Assembly (NCBI GenBank): GCA_963821525.1
Contig: CAWGED010000019.1
Location: 640,001-704,000, forward strand
DNA length: 64,000 bases
Source of the DNA: an uncultured Gemmatimonadales bacterium
Lineage (GTDB): Bacteria; Gemmatimonadota; Gemmatimonadetes; Gemmatimonadales; GWC2-71-9
Direction: 5' to 3'
In this document: positions 53,781 through 63,540 of the stretch, in pieces
Position numbering within the stretch: the stretch's first letter is position 1
How the letters are laid out: the number at the start of each line of letters is the position of its first letter
The notes under the pieces: generated by a model
Databases searched by the model: none
What the model saw: only the letters and a program-made list of their open reading frames with translations
What the model was told of the DNA's origin: nothing
Program-made: the position numbers and the translations under genes

Positions 53781-55607
53781 CTACTCGACCGTCACACTCT
53801 TCGCCAGGTTCCTCGGCTGGTCCACGTTGCAGCCGCGGCGGAGCGCCACGTAGTACGAGAAGAGCTGCAGCGGGACGATCGCGAGGATCGGCGTGAGCAG
53901 ATCGATCGTCTCCGGGATGGTGAAGGTTGCGGTGGCGAGACGGCTGATCTGGTCGTCCCCGTCGTTCTTGATGGCGATGACCTGGCCGCCGCGAGCCCGG
54001 ACTTCCTCGACGTTGGAAATGATCTTGCCGTGCACCGCGTCGCGCGGCGCGATGAACACGACCGGCATGTTCTCGTCGATCAGCGCGATGGGTCCGTGCT
54101 TCATCTCCGCCGCCGGGTACCCCTCGGCGTGGATGTAGGAGATTTCCTTGAGCTTGAGGGCACCCTCGAGCGCCACCGGGAAATTGACTCCCCGTCCCAG
54201 GTAGAGCGCGTTGTTGGTGCGCCAGAACCGCTCGGCGAGCGCTTCGACTTCGTCCGACCGATCCAGGATCGTCTGCACCTGCTCCGGCAGAGCCCGCAGC
54301 GCCTGGATGATCTGCCGGCCCTGCAGAATGCTCAGGTTGCGGAGCCGGGCGAAGCGCAGCGTGATCAGAGAGAGCGCGATCACCTGGCTGCTGAACGCCT
54401 TGGTGCTCGCGACACCCACCTCGGGACCGGCGTGCAGATAGATACCGCCGTCCACTTCGCGGGCGATGGTCGAACCCACCACGTTCACGACTCCGATGGT
54501 CCGGGCGCCGCGACGCTTGGCTTCGCGGATGGCGGCGAGCGTGTCCGCCGTCTCACCCGACTGCGAGATCCCGATGACCAGGGTGTGATCGTCCACCACC
54601 GGATTCCGGTAACGGAACTCGGAGGCGTATTCCACTTCGACCGGAATGCGGGCCAGCTCCTCCAGCATGTACTCGCCAATCAGGCCGGCGTGCCACGAAG
54701 TGCCGCAGGCGGTGATGACGATCCGGTTGATCCGCTTGATGTCGTCGTCGGTGAGGTTGAGGCCCGAGACCCGTGACGTCCCCTCTTCCTCGAGCAAGTG
54801 ACCCCGCATCGTGTTCCGAACGGTGTCGGGCTGCTCGAAGATCTCCTTCAGCATGAAATGGGAATACCCGCCACGTTCGATGGTGGCGATGTCCCACTCG
54901 ATGCGGTTGACCGTCTTCTCGATTCGGGTCGCGGCCAGGTCCCGCACGTGATAGCCCTTCCGGTTCAGCACCACCATCTCGCCGTCATCGAGATAGACGA
55001 CCGAGCGGGTGTGGGCCAGGATGGCGGAAGCATCGGAGGCGACGAACCACTCGTTCTCTCCCACTCCAACCAGGAGGGGAGATCCCTTCCGGGCGGCGAC
55101 CAGGACGTCGGGCTCTTCGGAGCAGATCACCGCGATGCCGTAGGCGCCGTCGACTTCTCTCAGCGCCTGGGCTACGGCTTCCTCGATGTTGCCGTTGTAG
55201 CACTCGCCAACCAGGTGGGCGAGCACTTCGGTATCGGTTTCGGACTTGAAGGTGTGACCGCGCTGCTCGAGCGCCCGGCGGATGGCGCCGGAGTTCTCGA
55301 TGATCCCGTTATGGATCAGCGCGATGCGGCCGGTCTGGTCGGTGTGAGGATGCGCGTTCGGCGTGGTCGGAGCACCATGCGTCGCCCAACGAGTGTGGCC
55401 GATGCCGAGGCTTCCCTTCGGCATGGCTCCTTCGAGCTGCTTCTCGAGTGCGGAGAGTTTCCCGGCCTGCTTCATGACCGTGAGGCCGGCCCCGTTCACC
55501 ACCGCGATTCCTGAAGAGTCGTACCCGCGGTACTCCAGCCTTCTCAGCCCCTCCAGCAACAGGCCCGCAGCCTGGCGGGGGCCCACATATCCCACAATGC
55601 CACACAT
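53781..55607 (-). CDS. glmS: Glutamine-fructose-6-phosphate transaminase
   Basis: MCGIVG, LEYRGYDS, GHTRWATHG, SQSGET, KLKEISY, PRNLAKSVTVE. Confidence 0.98.
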   Translation of the reverse strand: MCGIVGYVGPRQAAGLLLEGLRRLEYRGYDSSGIAVVNGAGLTVMKQAGKLSALEKQLEGAMPKGSLGIGHTRWATHGAPTTPNAHPHTDQTGRIALIHNGIIENSGAIRRALEQRGHTFKSETDTEVLAHLVGECYNGNIEEAVAQALREVDGAYGIAVICSEEPDVLVAARKGSPLLVGVGENEWFVASDASAILAHTRSVVYLDDGEMVVLNRKGYHVRDLAATRIEKTVNRIEWDIATIERGGYSHFMLKEIFEQPDTVRNTMRGHLLEEEGTSRVSGLNLTDDDIKRINRIVITACGTSWHAGLIGEYMLEELARIPVEVEYASEFRYRNPVVDDHTLVIGISQSGETADTLAAIREAKRRGARTIGVVNVVGSTIAREVDGGIYLHAGPEVGVASTKAFSSQVIALSLITLRFARLRNLSILQGRQIIQALRALPEQVQTILDRSDEVEALAERFWRTNNALYLGRGVNFPVALEGALKLKEISYIHAEGYPAAEMKHGPIALIDENMPVVFIAPRDAVHGKIISNVEEVRARGGQVIAIKNDGDDQISRLATATFTIPETIDLLTPILAIVPLQLFSYYVALRRGCNVDQPRNLAKSVTVE

Positions 55608-55621
55608 CCTGAGGAGCCTCG

Positions 55622-57001
55622 CTATACCATGAGTTCGCGGCAAGCCGACACCAGTTGTTCGGCTGCTTCGGCGGTTGGCGCTTCGGCGATGAACCGCACG
55701 ATCGGCTCAGTTCCCGAAGGCCGAATGTGTACCCATCGGTCCTCCCACGCGAGCCGCAGTCCATCGCGAGTGTCCGCTACCGCATCACTGAATCGCGCGG
55801 TCAGCTTCGCGTACACGGGAGCCAAGTCCTTGCCCCGCTGTCCCTTAGCCTTAACTATCCGGTACTGCGGCTGCCCGGCGACCAACCGGGAAACAGCCTG
55901 CCCGGATCGGGCGAGCAGGTGCAAAATTAGCGCCACACCCACTGGTGCGTCACGCCCAATGTGGAGTGCGGGCAGAATCACACCACCGTTGCCTTCACCC
56001 CCGATTACCGCCCCCTCATCCCGAATCGCGCGAGCGACGTTCGCCTCACCCACTGCGGCGCGGACGAAACGGGCGCCACACATCCGGGCGGCATCCTCGA
56101 CCACAAGACTGGTGGAGAGGTTGGCGACGACCACCGGCGGACCGGCGGACCGGCGGACCGGCGGAACAGCGGACCCATCGAGAACAGAGCGCACCGCGAA
56201 CGCCAAGGTGTAGTCCTCGCCGATCGGACGCCCCGTTTCATCCACCAGGGCCAGTCGGTCTACATCGGGATCCACCGCCAGACCAATCACCGCACCGCTC
56301 TCGCGAACCAGCCGGGAAAGCTCGCCCAGATTCTCGGGGAGTGGCTCGGGCGCCCGGGGAAATTTTCCGTCGGTCTCCAGATTGATTCCGGAGACTCGAC
56401 ATCCCAGCCGCTCCAACAGCTGGGGAATCGTGGTTCCACCAGCGCCGCGAACACAATCGAGCGCCACGGTGAACTTTTTCGCCCGGATCGCTTCGACATC
56501 CAGACCGGGAAGCGCCAAGACCTGTTCGAGATGCCGCTTGATAGCATCACGATCTTCGCGATACTGGCCAACTCCCTCCCATCCGGTGCGAGCCGGCCCC
56601 TGTTCGGCGAGGGCGCGGACCGCATTGCCGGCGGCGCCGTCGAGGAAGATCCCGTCGGGACCGACGAACTTGAGGGCGTTCCACTCGATCGGGTTGTGAC
56701 TCGCGGTGAGAATGAGCCCGGCCCCGGCGTGGTGATGCTCGACCGCGAGCTGCACGGTGGGCGTCGGTACTACGCCGACATCGATGACCTCGACGCCCAC
56801 CGACATGAGGCCCGCCGTGGCGGCTCGGGCGTACATCGGCCCGCTGGTGCGCGCATCCCGCCCCAGGACGACGACCGGCTTGCCGTTCTGCCGGGCCCAG
56901 TCACCAAGGGCCGCGGCATGGCGCGCGACGAGTTCGGGTGTCAGGTCCTTGCCGACAATGCCACGCATGCCGGAAACGCTGATCATCAATGTGTCGGACA
57001 T
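55622..57001 (-). CDS. glmM: Phosphoglucosamine mutase / phosphohexomutase
   Basis: TASHNP, DPDVDR, GEGNGG, RPSGTEP; directly upstream of glmS. Confidence 0.85.
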   Translation of the reverse strand: MSDTLMISVSGMRGIVGKDLTPELVARHAAALGDWARQNGKPVVVLGRDARTSGPMYARAATAGLMSVGVEVIDVGVVPTPTVQLAVEHHHAGAGLILTASHNPIEWNALKFVGPDGIFLDGAAGNAVRALAEQGPARTGWEGVGQYREDRDAIKRHLEQVLALPGLDVEAIRAKKFTVALDCVRGAGGTTIPQLLERLGCRVSGINLETDGKFPRAPEPLPENLGELSRLVRESGAVIGLAVDPDVDRLALVDETGRPIGEDYTLAFAVRSVLDGSAVPPVRRSAGPPVVVANLSTSLVVEDAARMCGARFVRAAVGEANVARAIRDEGAVIGGEGNGGVILPALHIGRDAPVGVALILHLLARSGQAVSRLVAGQPQYRIVKAKGQRGKDLAPVYAKLTARFSDAVADTRDGLRLAWEDRWVHIRPSGTEPIVRFIAEAPTAEAAEQLVSACRELMV

Positions 57002-57060
57002 GGGCGGAAAGGTAGGAGGGGCGGCGGAGTGACGGTATGGTGCTAAGGTGGTATGGCTGG

Positions 57061-57163
57061 AGGGCGGACAGGGCGGACAGGCGGCAAGCGGACGGCGTAA
57101 GTCGCGGCTGCAAGTCCCTCACTACCACCATCCCGCCCTCCCGCCGTCCGCCCTACCGCCTAC
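57061..57163. repeat. Inverted 8/9-mer arrays (AGGGCGGAC)n / (nTCCGCC)n
   Basis: Purine arm 57061-57096, pyrimidine arm 57129-57163. Confidence 0.7.
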
Positions 57164-58270
57164 CTACACGTCTATGGGCAACGCTGCCGGATCAGGAAAC
57201 GCGTTAATGAACGCCTCGACAACCGCGGGATCGAATTGGGTGCCGGAGCAGGTCCGGAGCTCGGTGTAGGCATCAGCAGGATTTCGCGAGGCCCGGTAGG
57301 CCCGGTTGGTAGTCATGGCGTCGAACGCGTCCACCACTCCAACGATGCGGGACTCGATCGGGATGAGGTCTCCCTTGAGCCCGTCGGGGAATCCTTTGCC
57401 ATCCATCCGCTCGTGGTGGGAGCGCACGATCCGCAGTACCACGCCCTTTTCCCGCGCCAGCGGCGCCAGGATCTTCTCGCCGAGGAGTGTGTGCTCGGTG
57501 ATGTGCTGGAATTCGTCGGGAGTGAGCGGACCGGGTTTGTTGAGCACCGCTTCGCGGGTACCGATTTTCCCGATGTCGTGCAGCTCCGCCCCCAGGCGAA
57601 TGTGCTCCAGCATTTCACCCGTGTAGCCGAGACGCAGTGCGGTCTTCACGGCATAGCGGCTGACCCGGCGAGAATGGCCCTGGGTGTAGGCGTCCTTCGC
57701 TTCGAGAGCGTGAGCCAGCGTCTGCACCGCCTCGAGGAACAGCTCGCTGATCCGGGTGGCCTGGCTCCGTACCCGCCGCTCGAGATTCTTCTGGTAGAAC
57801 CGCCGCTGGAGCAGCAGCTCACGCTTCTCGAGAGCCTTGAGCACCCGGGCCCGAACCTCCTCCAGCATCGCCGGCTTCTGGAGGTAATCGAGCGCCCCTT
57901 TTTCCAGACACGCGACCGCGGTCTTCACCTCGGCGACGCCGGAGAGCATGATGATCGCCGTGTCGGGATAGCGCGCGAGGACTCCCTCCAATAGGCCCAG
58001 CCCGTCCATTCCCGGCATGTTGATGTCGGAGATGACCAGCGGGACCTCACCTTCACTTTCGAGCAGGGCCAGAGCCTCCTCACCGTTCCCCGCTTCGAGG
58101 CAGGTGAAGCCGAGGCTCTGAATCATGCGGACCATGGTGCTGCGCACCTTGAGGTCGTCGTCGGCCACGAGCGCGCGGGGTGCAAGCACCCTGGGCTCCG
58201 GGGGCGTGACTCCCCGCAAATGCGCCCTGAACCCTCTAGCGGGCGATCGATCCACCGGTTTCTCTTTCAC
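57164..58270 (-). CDS. REC + HD-GYP cyclic-dinucleotide phosphodiesterase
   Basis: VADDD, SDINMP, KP; T.GHS.RV, HDIGK, HHERMDGKGFP, DAFDAM. Confidence 0.92.
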   Translation of the reverse strand: MKEKPVDRSPARGFRAHLRGVTPPEPRVLAPRALVADDDLKVRSTMVRMIQSLGFTCLEAGNGEEALALLESEGEVPLVISDINMPGMDGLGLLEGVLARYPDTAIIMLSGVAEVKTAVACLEKGALDYLQKPAMLEEVRARVLKALEKRELLLQRRFYQKNLERRVRSQATRISELFLEAVQTLAHALEAKDAYTQGHSRRVSRYAVKTALRLGYTGEMLEHIRLGAELHDIGKIGTREAVLNKPGPLTPDEFQHITEHTLLGEKILAPLAREKGVVLRIVRSHHERMDGKGFPDGLKGDLIPIESRIVGVVDAFDAMTTNRAYRASRNPADAYTELRTCSGTQFDPAVVEAFINAFPDPAALPIDV

Positions 58271-58324
58271 CTTGCCGCGCTTTGTTCAGGGCCATTAGGT
58301 TCCCGCCACCCTTTCTCCTCGGCA

Positions 58325-59488
58325 ATGACCAGGATTCGCTCGAACGATCTGGATCGGGGTTTCTCCACCCGTGCAGTGCACGCCGGCCAGCAGGAAGATC
58401 CGCTGGCCGGGGCCGTGATGACACCAATCTACCAGACCAGTACCTATGTCCAAGAGGGTCTGGGGCGCCATAAGGGCTACGAGTACGCCCGCACCCAGAA
58501 CCCCACCCGCGAGGCGCTGGAGCGCAATGTCGCGAGCCTGGAGGGCGGGCAATACGGCTTCGCGTTCGGCTCCGGTCTCGCCGCGACCGACACGGTACTC
58601 AAGCTGCTTTCCGCCGGAGACCACGTCGTCTGCGGCGAGAACGTCTACGGCGGAACCCACCGGCTGATGGAACGGGTCTACGCCCGGTTGGGACTCACCT
58701 TCACGTTCGTGGATTCGCGCGACATCCGGAATATCGAGCGGGCCGTAACACCCGCGACCCGGATGATCTACTGCGAGACGCCCACCAATCCGATGATGCA
58801 CCTCACGGATCTCGCCGCGGTGGGCGATCTCACTCAGGCGCGCGGGCTGCTCCTCACCGTCGACAATACCTTCGCGACACCGTTCTTCCAGCGGCCGCTC
58901 TCATCGGGCGCGGACATCGTCATTCATTCGACGACGAAGTACCTGAACGGCCACAGCGACATGGTGGGCGGTGTCGTCATCACGTCTCGCGACGACCTCG
59001 CGGAGCGGATCGGCTTTCTTCAGAACGGAGCAGGCGCGGTTCCCGGTCCCATGGATTGCTGGCTCGCGCTGCGCGGCATCAAGACGCTGCCGCTCCGCAT
59101 GCGCCGGCACGACGAAAATGGGCGCCGGATAGCGCAGTGGCTCAGCCAACATCGTGCCATCACCAGGATTTACTACCCCGGCCTGCCGTCTCATCCCCAG
59201 CACGACCTGGCCTGCCGGCAGATGAGCGGCTTCGGCGGGATGATCTCGATCGACCTGGGCGACCCGGAGAAGGCCCGGCGCATGGCCGAGCGCACGAAAA
59301 TCTTCGCGCTCGCCGAGTCCCTGGGCGGAGTGGAAAGCCTGATCGGTCATCCCGCGTCAATGACACACGCGTCAGTTCCGGTGGCGATGCGTCAGGCGAT
59401 GGGCCTCACCGACAGCTTGATTCGCCTGAGCTGCGGGATCGAGGATGCCGACGACCTGATGGCCGATCTGGAGCAGGCCCTGGGATAG
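58325..59488 (+). CDS. Cystathionine gamma-synthase/lyase (Cys/Met PLP enzyme)
   Basis: PIYQTST, YAR..NPT, ETPTNP, DNTF, HSTTKYLNGHSD, AESLGG. Confidence 0.93.
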   Translation: MTRIRSNDLDRGFSTRAVHAGQQEDPLAGAVMTPIYQTSTYVQEGLGRHKGYEYARTQNPTREALERNVASLEGGQYGFAFGSGLAATDTVLKLLSAGDHVVCGENVYGGTHRLMERVYARLGLTFTFVDSRDIRNIERAVTPATRMIYCETPTNPMMHLTDLAAVGDLTQARGLLLTVDNTFATPFFQRPLSSGADIVIHSTTKYLNGHSDMVGGVVITSRDDLAERIGFLQNGAGAVPGPMDCWLALRGIKTLPLRMRRHDENGRRIAQWLSQHRAITRIYYPGLPSHPQHDLACRQMSGFGGMISIDLGDPEKARRMAERTKIFALAESLGGVESLIGHPASMTHASVPVAMRQAMGLTDSLIRLSCGIEDADDLMADLEQALG

Positions 59489-59567
59489 AACCGTCGTTCC
59501 GTATCAGAATGAAACGAAGTAGAATTCCCGACGTAGGGTCGCTCTCCTCACCACGGACGAGCCGTCT

Positions 59568-60584
59568 ATGAGCACCTCGGTTCCAAGCACCCGGCCGCGG
59601 CGTACCCTGCCCCAGATCGCCGCCGTTTCCTGGGAGCACCCTGCCGATCGCGCCGCCCTTCAGGCGATGCGGGCGATTCCCGGCTTCGACGAAGCGGTCC
59701 GCAAGATCGTGGCGATCCTGGGCGGAGAGCGGGGTATTCGCCTCCTCTTCCAGGCCAACGCCGTGAAGGCCGGGCCCTCTCAATTTCCCACGCTCTACAG
59801 CACTCATGTCGAGGTGTGCACCACCTTCGACTGGCCCAAGGTCCCCGAGCTTTTCGTTACCCAGACTCCGATCTTCAACGCCGGAGCGTACGGCGTGGAC
59901 GATCCCTTCATCGTCCTGCACTCCGCCGCGCTGGAGATGCTCGACGACGAGGAGATGCGAGCGCTCATCGCGCACGAGATGGGACACGTGATCAGCGGCC
60001 ATGCGCTCTATCGCACCATCGCCGAGATCCTGCTGCTGGTGAGTTTCTCGGCACTGCCCATTCTCGCGGGAATCGCGCTCCTTCCGATCCGCCTCGCCCT
60101 GCTGGAATGGATGCGGAAGTCGGAGCTCTCGAGCGATCGTGCCGGCCTGCTGGGGAGCCAGGATCCGCTCGCGTCGCAGCGGCTCTTCATGAAGATGTCG
60201 GGCGGGGTGCGGCCGCCGAACGTGGTGGGTCAGCTCAACCTCGACGCTTTCATGGCCCAGGCGCAGGAATACTCCCAGAGCAACGAGGGTCTCGATGTGA
60301 TCTACAAGATCCTCAATACCCTGGCACTGACCCATCCGATGCACACCGTGCGCGCCGGGGAGCTGCAGCAATGGATGGCCACCGGGGAGTACGACCGGAT
60401 TCTTCGGGGCGAGTACACCAAGCGCGGGCCGGAGACTGCCTCGCGGCCGCTCCGGGATGACTTCGCCGAGGCGGGAAGTCACTATGCCCGGGAGACCCGG
60501 GAGACGCTGGATCACGTTGTCGACGCCGCCAAGAAGGCAGCGAGCCGGATGGGAGACGCCTTCCGGAAAGCGCAGGAGAAATGA
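59568..60584 (+). CDS. M48 family metallopeptidase
   Basis: HEMGH, ELSSDR, THP...R. Confidence 0.88.
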   Translation: MSTSVPSTRPRRTLPQIAAVSWEHPADRAALQAMRAIPGFDEAVRKIVAILGGERGIRLLFQANAVKAGPSQFPTLYSTHVEVCTTFDWPKVPELFVTQTPIFNAGAYGVDDPFIVLHSAALEMLDDEEMRALIAHEMGHVISGHALYRTIAEILLLVSFSALPILAGIALLPIRLALLEWMRKSELSSDRAGLLGSQDPLASQRLFMKMSGGVRPPNVVGQLNLDAFMAQAQEYSQSNEGLDVIYKILNTLALTHPMHTVRAGELQQWMATGEYDRILRGEYTKRGPETASRPLRDDFAEAGSHYARETRETLDHVVDAAKKAASRMGDAFRKAQEK

Positions 60585-61868
60585 GAGTACTGGTCGTCGG
60601 AGGTGGAGGACGGGAACACGCGCTTTGCTGGGCGCTTCGTCACGACCTTCCCTCAGCCGACATCTATTGTGCGCCGGGGAATCCCGGCACCGCGGAAATC
60701 GCCACCAATCTCGAAATCTCCGCCACCGACATCGATCGCCTCGCCGATGCGGCGGACGCCTACGGCGTCGATCTCACCGTCATAGGACCCGAGCAGCCCC
60801 TCGCGCTGGGACTCGCCGACCGGCTGCGGGCCGAGGGTCGTTCGGTGTTCGGACCCGGAGCTGCCGGGGCGGCGATCGAAGCATCGAAGGCCTTCGCGAA
60901 GGAAGTGATGAAGAAGGCGGGCGTCCCCACCGCGGCGAGCCGGTCGTTCGATCGCCTGGACGAGGCGCTTCAGTACGTGGACAGTCACGCCGAACCGCTG
61001 GTGGTGAAAGCCTCGGGTCTCGCGGGTGGCAAGGGTGCCGTGGTGTGCGCGACTCGCGCGGATGCGCGCAGCGCGGTTCGCACCATGCTGGGAGAAGGTC
61101 GATTCGGCTTGGCCGGCCGGGTCGTCGTCATCGAAGAGTTCATGGAAGGCGAGGAACTGTCGCTGCTCGCGATCACCGATGGACACGCGAGTCGAGCTGC
61201 TTCCAGCGGCGCAGGATCACAAGCGGTTGGGCGAGGGAGATGACGGACCCAACACCGGCGGTATGGGTGCCTACAGCCCGGTCTCCATCGGCACTCCCGC
61301 TCTCCTCGAGCGGGTGCAGCATGAAGTCCTGCTCCCGACGCTTCAGCAACTTGCCCGTGAAGGGGCACCTTTCTCCGGGGTGCTCTACGCCGGCCTGATG
61401 ATCGGACCCGACGGCAGCCCTCGCGTCGTCGAGTTCAATTGCCGGTTCGGAGACCCCGAGGCGCAGGTCATTCTCCCTCTACTCGCCGGCGGCCTCGCGG
61501 AGTGCATGGCCAGTGTGGCGCGGGGGCAGGCGCCGACTGCGTTGTCGCTCGAGCCTGGACTCTTTGCCGTCACGACGGTCCTCGCCGCTCGCGGCTACCC
61601 GGATGTTCCAGTGAAGGGAGCGGAAATCACCATTCCCGAATCGCTTCCTTCGGAGGTAACCGTTTTTCATGCCGGCACCGCGCGTGATGAAGACGGCACT
61701 CTGCGAGTGGCGGGAGGTCGAGTGCTGAATGTGACCGCCGTCGCCTCGAGCTTCGAAGAGGCCCAGGCGAAGAGCAGAGAAGCGGCCGAAGCAATTCAGT
61801 TCGATGGGAAAGTCTTCCGCAGAGACATCGGCTGGAGGGAGGCGGCGCGACTGACTTCCCGCGTGTGA
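60581..61868 (+). CDS. purD: Phosphoribosylamine-glycine ligase (frameshift near 61185)
   Basis: GGGREHA, APGNPG, GPE.PL, GLAGGKG, QDHKR, GPNTGGMGAY, EFNCRFGDPE. Confidence 0.96.
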
Positions 61869-62045
61869 CGCAGATCCTGCCTTAATCGTCTTTCATCGGT
61901 TGTTATTTCGAACTTACCTGCAGTTGTAGGCGGAATTCCTACACGCCGACGCCCTCCCCGAGTGTGACGCAGATCCTGCCTCAGTTCGTACCTTCCTGTG
62001 TCATTATTTCGGCGTCGCCTGCTCTGGCAGGCGGGAATTCTTACG
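61863..62045 (+). promoter_or_regulatory. Two tandem copies of an ~83-bp regulatory module (period 99 nt)
   Basis: GTGTGACGCAGATCCTGCCT at 61863 and 61962, each followed by TTATTTCG, a CCTGC hairpin and GGAATTC(C/T)TAC. Confidence 0.7.
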
Positions 62046-62053
62046 GAGGATGT

Positions 62054-62476
62054 ATGTTTTCATCGCGCAGTCGCAGGATCTCGGCCCTCCTCTCACTGTC
62101 CCTCGTGGGGCTGGCGGGCATGGCATGTGGTAGTTCGACAAGTTACGGCGGCGGTGGTGGTGGTGGAAGTAACTTCCCGACTCCCACCGGCGCACAGGTG
62201 ATCATGGTGCACGGTGCGCAGACCAAGAACAACACGGCGTTCAGCCCGAACCCGTTCACGGTTTCGTTGAACGGCGCGGCTTCGGTCAGCGTCGAATTCG
62301 GCAATGACGACAATGTGACCCATACGGTCACCGAAAGCGTCGCGAACCCGACCTTCAACAGCGGCAATCTGGCCAAGGGGACGACGTTCACCCACAACTT
62401 CACAACGGCCGGCACGTACAACTACCACTGCAGCATCCACCCGAACATGGTGGGAACGATTCAGGTAAACCCGTAG
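62054..62476 (+). CDS. Cupredoxin (plastocyanin/azurin-like) lipoprotein
   Basis: GMAC lipobox-like site; type-1 copper ligands HTV and YHCSIHPNM; GGAGG RBS. Confidence 0.88.
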   Translation: MFSSRSRRISALLSLSLVGLAGMACGSSTSYGGGGGGGSNFPTPTGAQVIMVHGAQTKNNTAFSPNPFTVSLNGAASVSVEFGNDDNVTHTVTESVANPTFNSGNLAKGTTFTHNFTTAGTYNYHCSIHPNMVGTIQVNP

Positions 62477-62502
62477 CACCGGTTTGCCGGAGCTTTCGAG
62501 CG

Positions 62503-62529
62503 GGGCGCCCTTGCCGGCGCCCTTTTTTT
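62503..62529 (+). terminator. Intrinsic terminator
   Basis: GGGCGCC-cttgcc-GGCGCCC followed by T7. Confidence 0.85.
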
Positions 62530-62568
62530 CTCCACCTTCAACCTCTCCAGGACTCCAGAGAGGCCACC

Positions 62569-63111
62569 GTGCCGGAAACACCCCTCGCAGGGTGGGAAAG
62601 CTTCTACGTCATTCTCGGCTCGTCGGCCGCCGCGCTGACCGGGCTCCAGTTCGTCGTCATGGCGCTGGTGGCTGATGTGCCTCGGGCGGGCTCGATCCAC
62701 GACATCGCGACCTACGGAACCCCCTCGGTGGTGCATTTCTGCTCCGCGCTGCTCGTCTCGGCCATTCTGAGCGCGCCCTGGCCTGATCTCGAGGCAGTCC
62801 ATATCCCGCTGGTTCTCACGGCGGCCGCAGGGCTCGTCTACATGGTGGTCGTCATTCGGCGAGCGCGCTCGCGGGGCCAGTACCAGCCAGTGCTGGAGGA
62901 CTGGATCTGGCACACCATGCTCCCCTTCACAGGGTACGCCGTCCTCTGCGGCGCTGCTCTGAAGCTGCAGACTCACCCCACCGGCGCACTCTTCCTGATC
63001 GGCGGCGCGACGCTCCTGCTTGTGTTCATCGGGATTCACAACGCGTGGGACACGGTAGTCTGGATCGCGACCCAGGGGACCCAGCGGAACAAGGCGGAGA
63101 GCAAGGAGTAG
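62569..63111 (+). CDS. Conserved hypothetical membrane protein
   Basis: About 5 TM segments; W.SFYV..GSSAAALTGL.FV and IGIHNAWD. Confidence 0.75.
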   Translation: MPETPLAGWESFYVILGSSAAALTGLQFVVMALVADVPRAGSIHDIATYGTPSVVHFCSALLVSAILSAPWPDLEAVHIPLVLTAAAGLVYMVVVIRRARSRGQYQPVLEDWIWHTMLPFTGYAVLCGAALKLQTHPTGALFLIGGATLLLVFIGIHNAWDTVVWIATQGTQRNKAESKE

Positions 63112-63540
63112 CTACTGCGGTTCCTCGGCGGGCAGGTTGCCAAGGGCGGCAGGGACGGCTCGTTGGATGGCCGCGAGGAGCTGGTCGCCGGCGATCGGCT
63201 TATGCAGATAGCCGCTCACTCCGGAGGCTCTGTAGCGCGCTTCGACTTCGGGGGCATCGTCAGCGGTGTAGATGAGGGTGGGCACCAGCACCCCGCTTTC
63301 CACCAGATGCTGGTGCACCTCCAGCCCCGTCATCTGCGGCATGTGCGCGTCGAGCAGCAGGCAGTCGGGGGGATCTCCTCCCACCGCCAGCGAGTCGATG
63401 AACTCCGGGCCGGAAGCGTAGACCGTCGCCTTCAGCCCCAGCGACTCGCAGAGCCGTCGCAGGCCCACCCGAACCGATGCCTCGTCCTCGACGATCGCGA
63501 CTGCGATCGGATGACCGGATCTCGAATCCTCGAGAGGCAT
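63112..63540 (-). CDS. Single-domain response regulator
   Basis: IVEDE, CLLLDAHMP, YT, KP. Confidence 0.88.
   Translation of the reverse strand: MPLEDSRSGHPIAVAIVEDEASVRVGLRRLCESLGLKATVYASGPEFIDSLAVGGDPPDCLLLDAHMPQMTGLEVHQHLVESGVLVPTLIYTADDAPEVEARYRASGVSGYLHKPIAGDQLLAAIQRAVPAALGNLPAEEPQ

Noticed and set aside
55607..55622. glmS ribozyme
   Set aside because: Only about 14 nt separate glmM from glmS
61863..61981. CRISPR array
   Set aside because: Only two copies, similarity extends into the would-be spacer, and no cas genes
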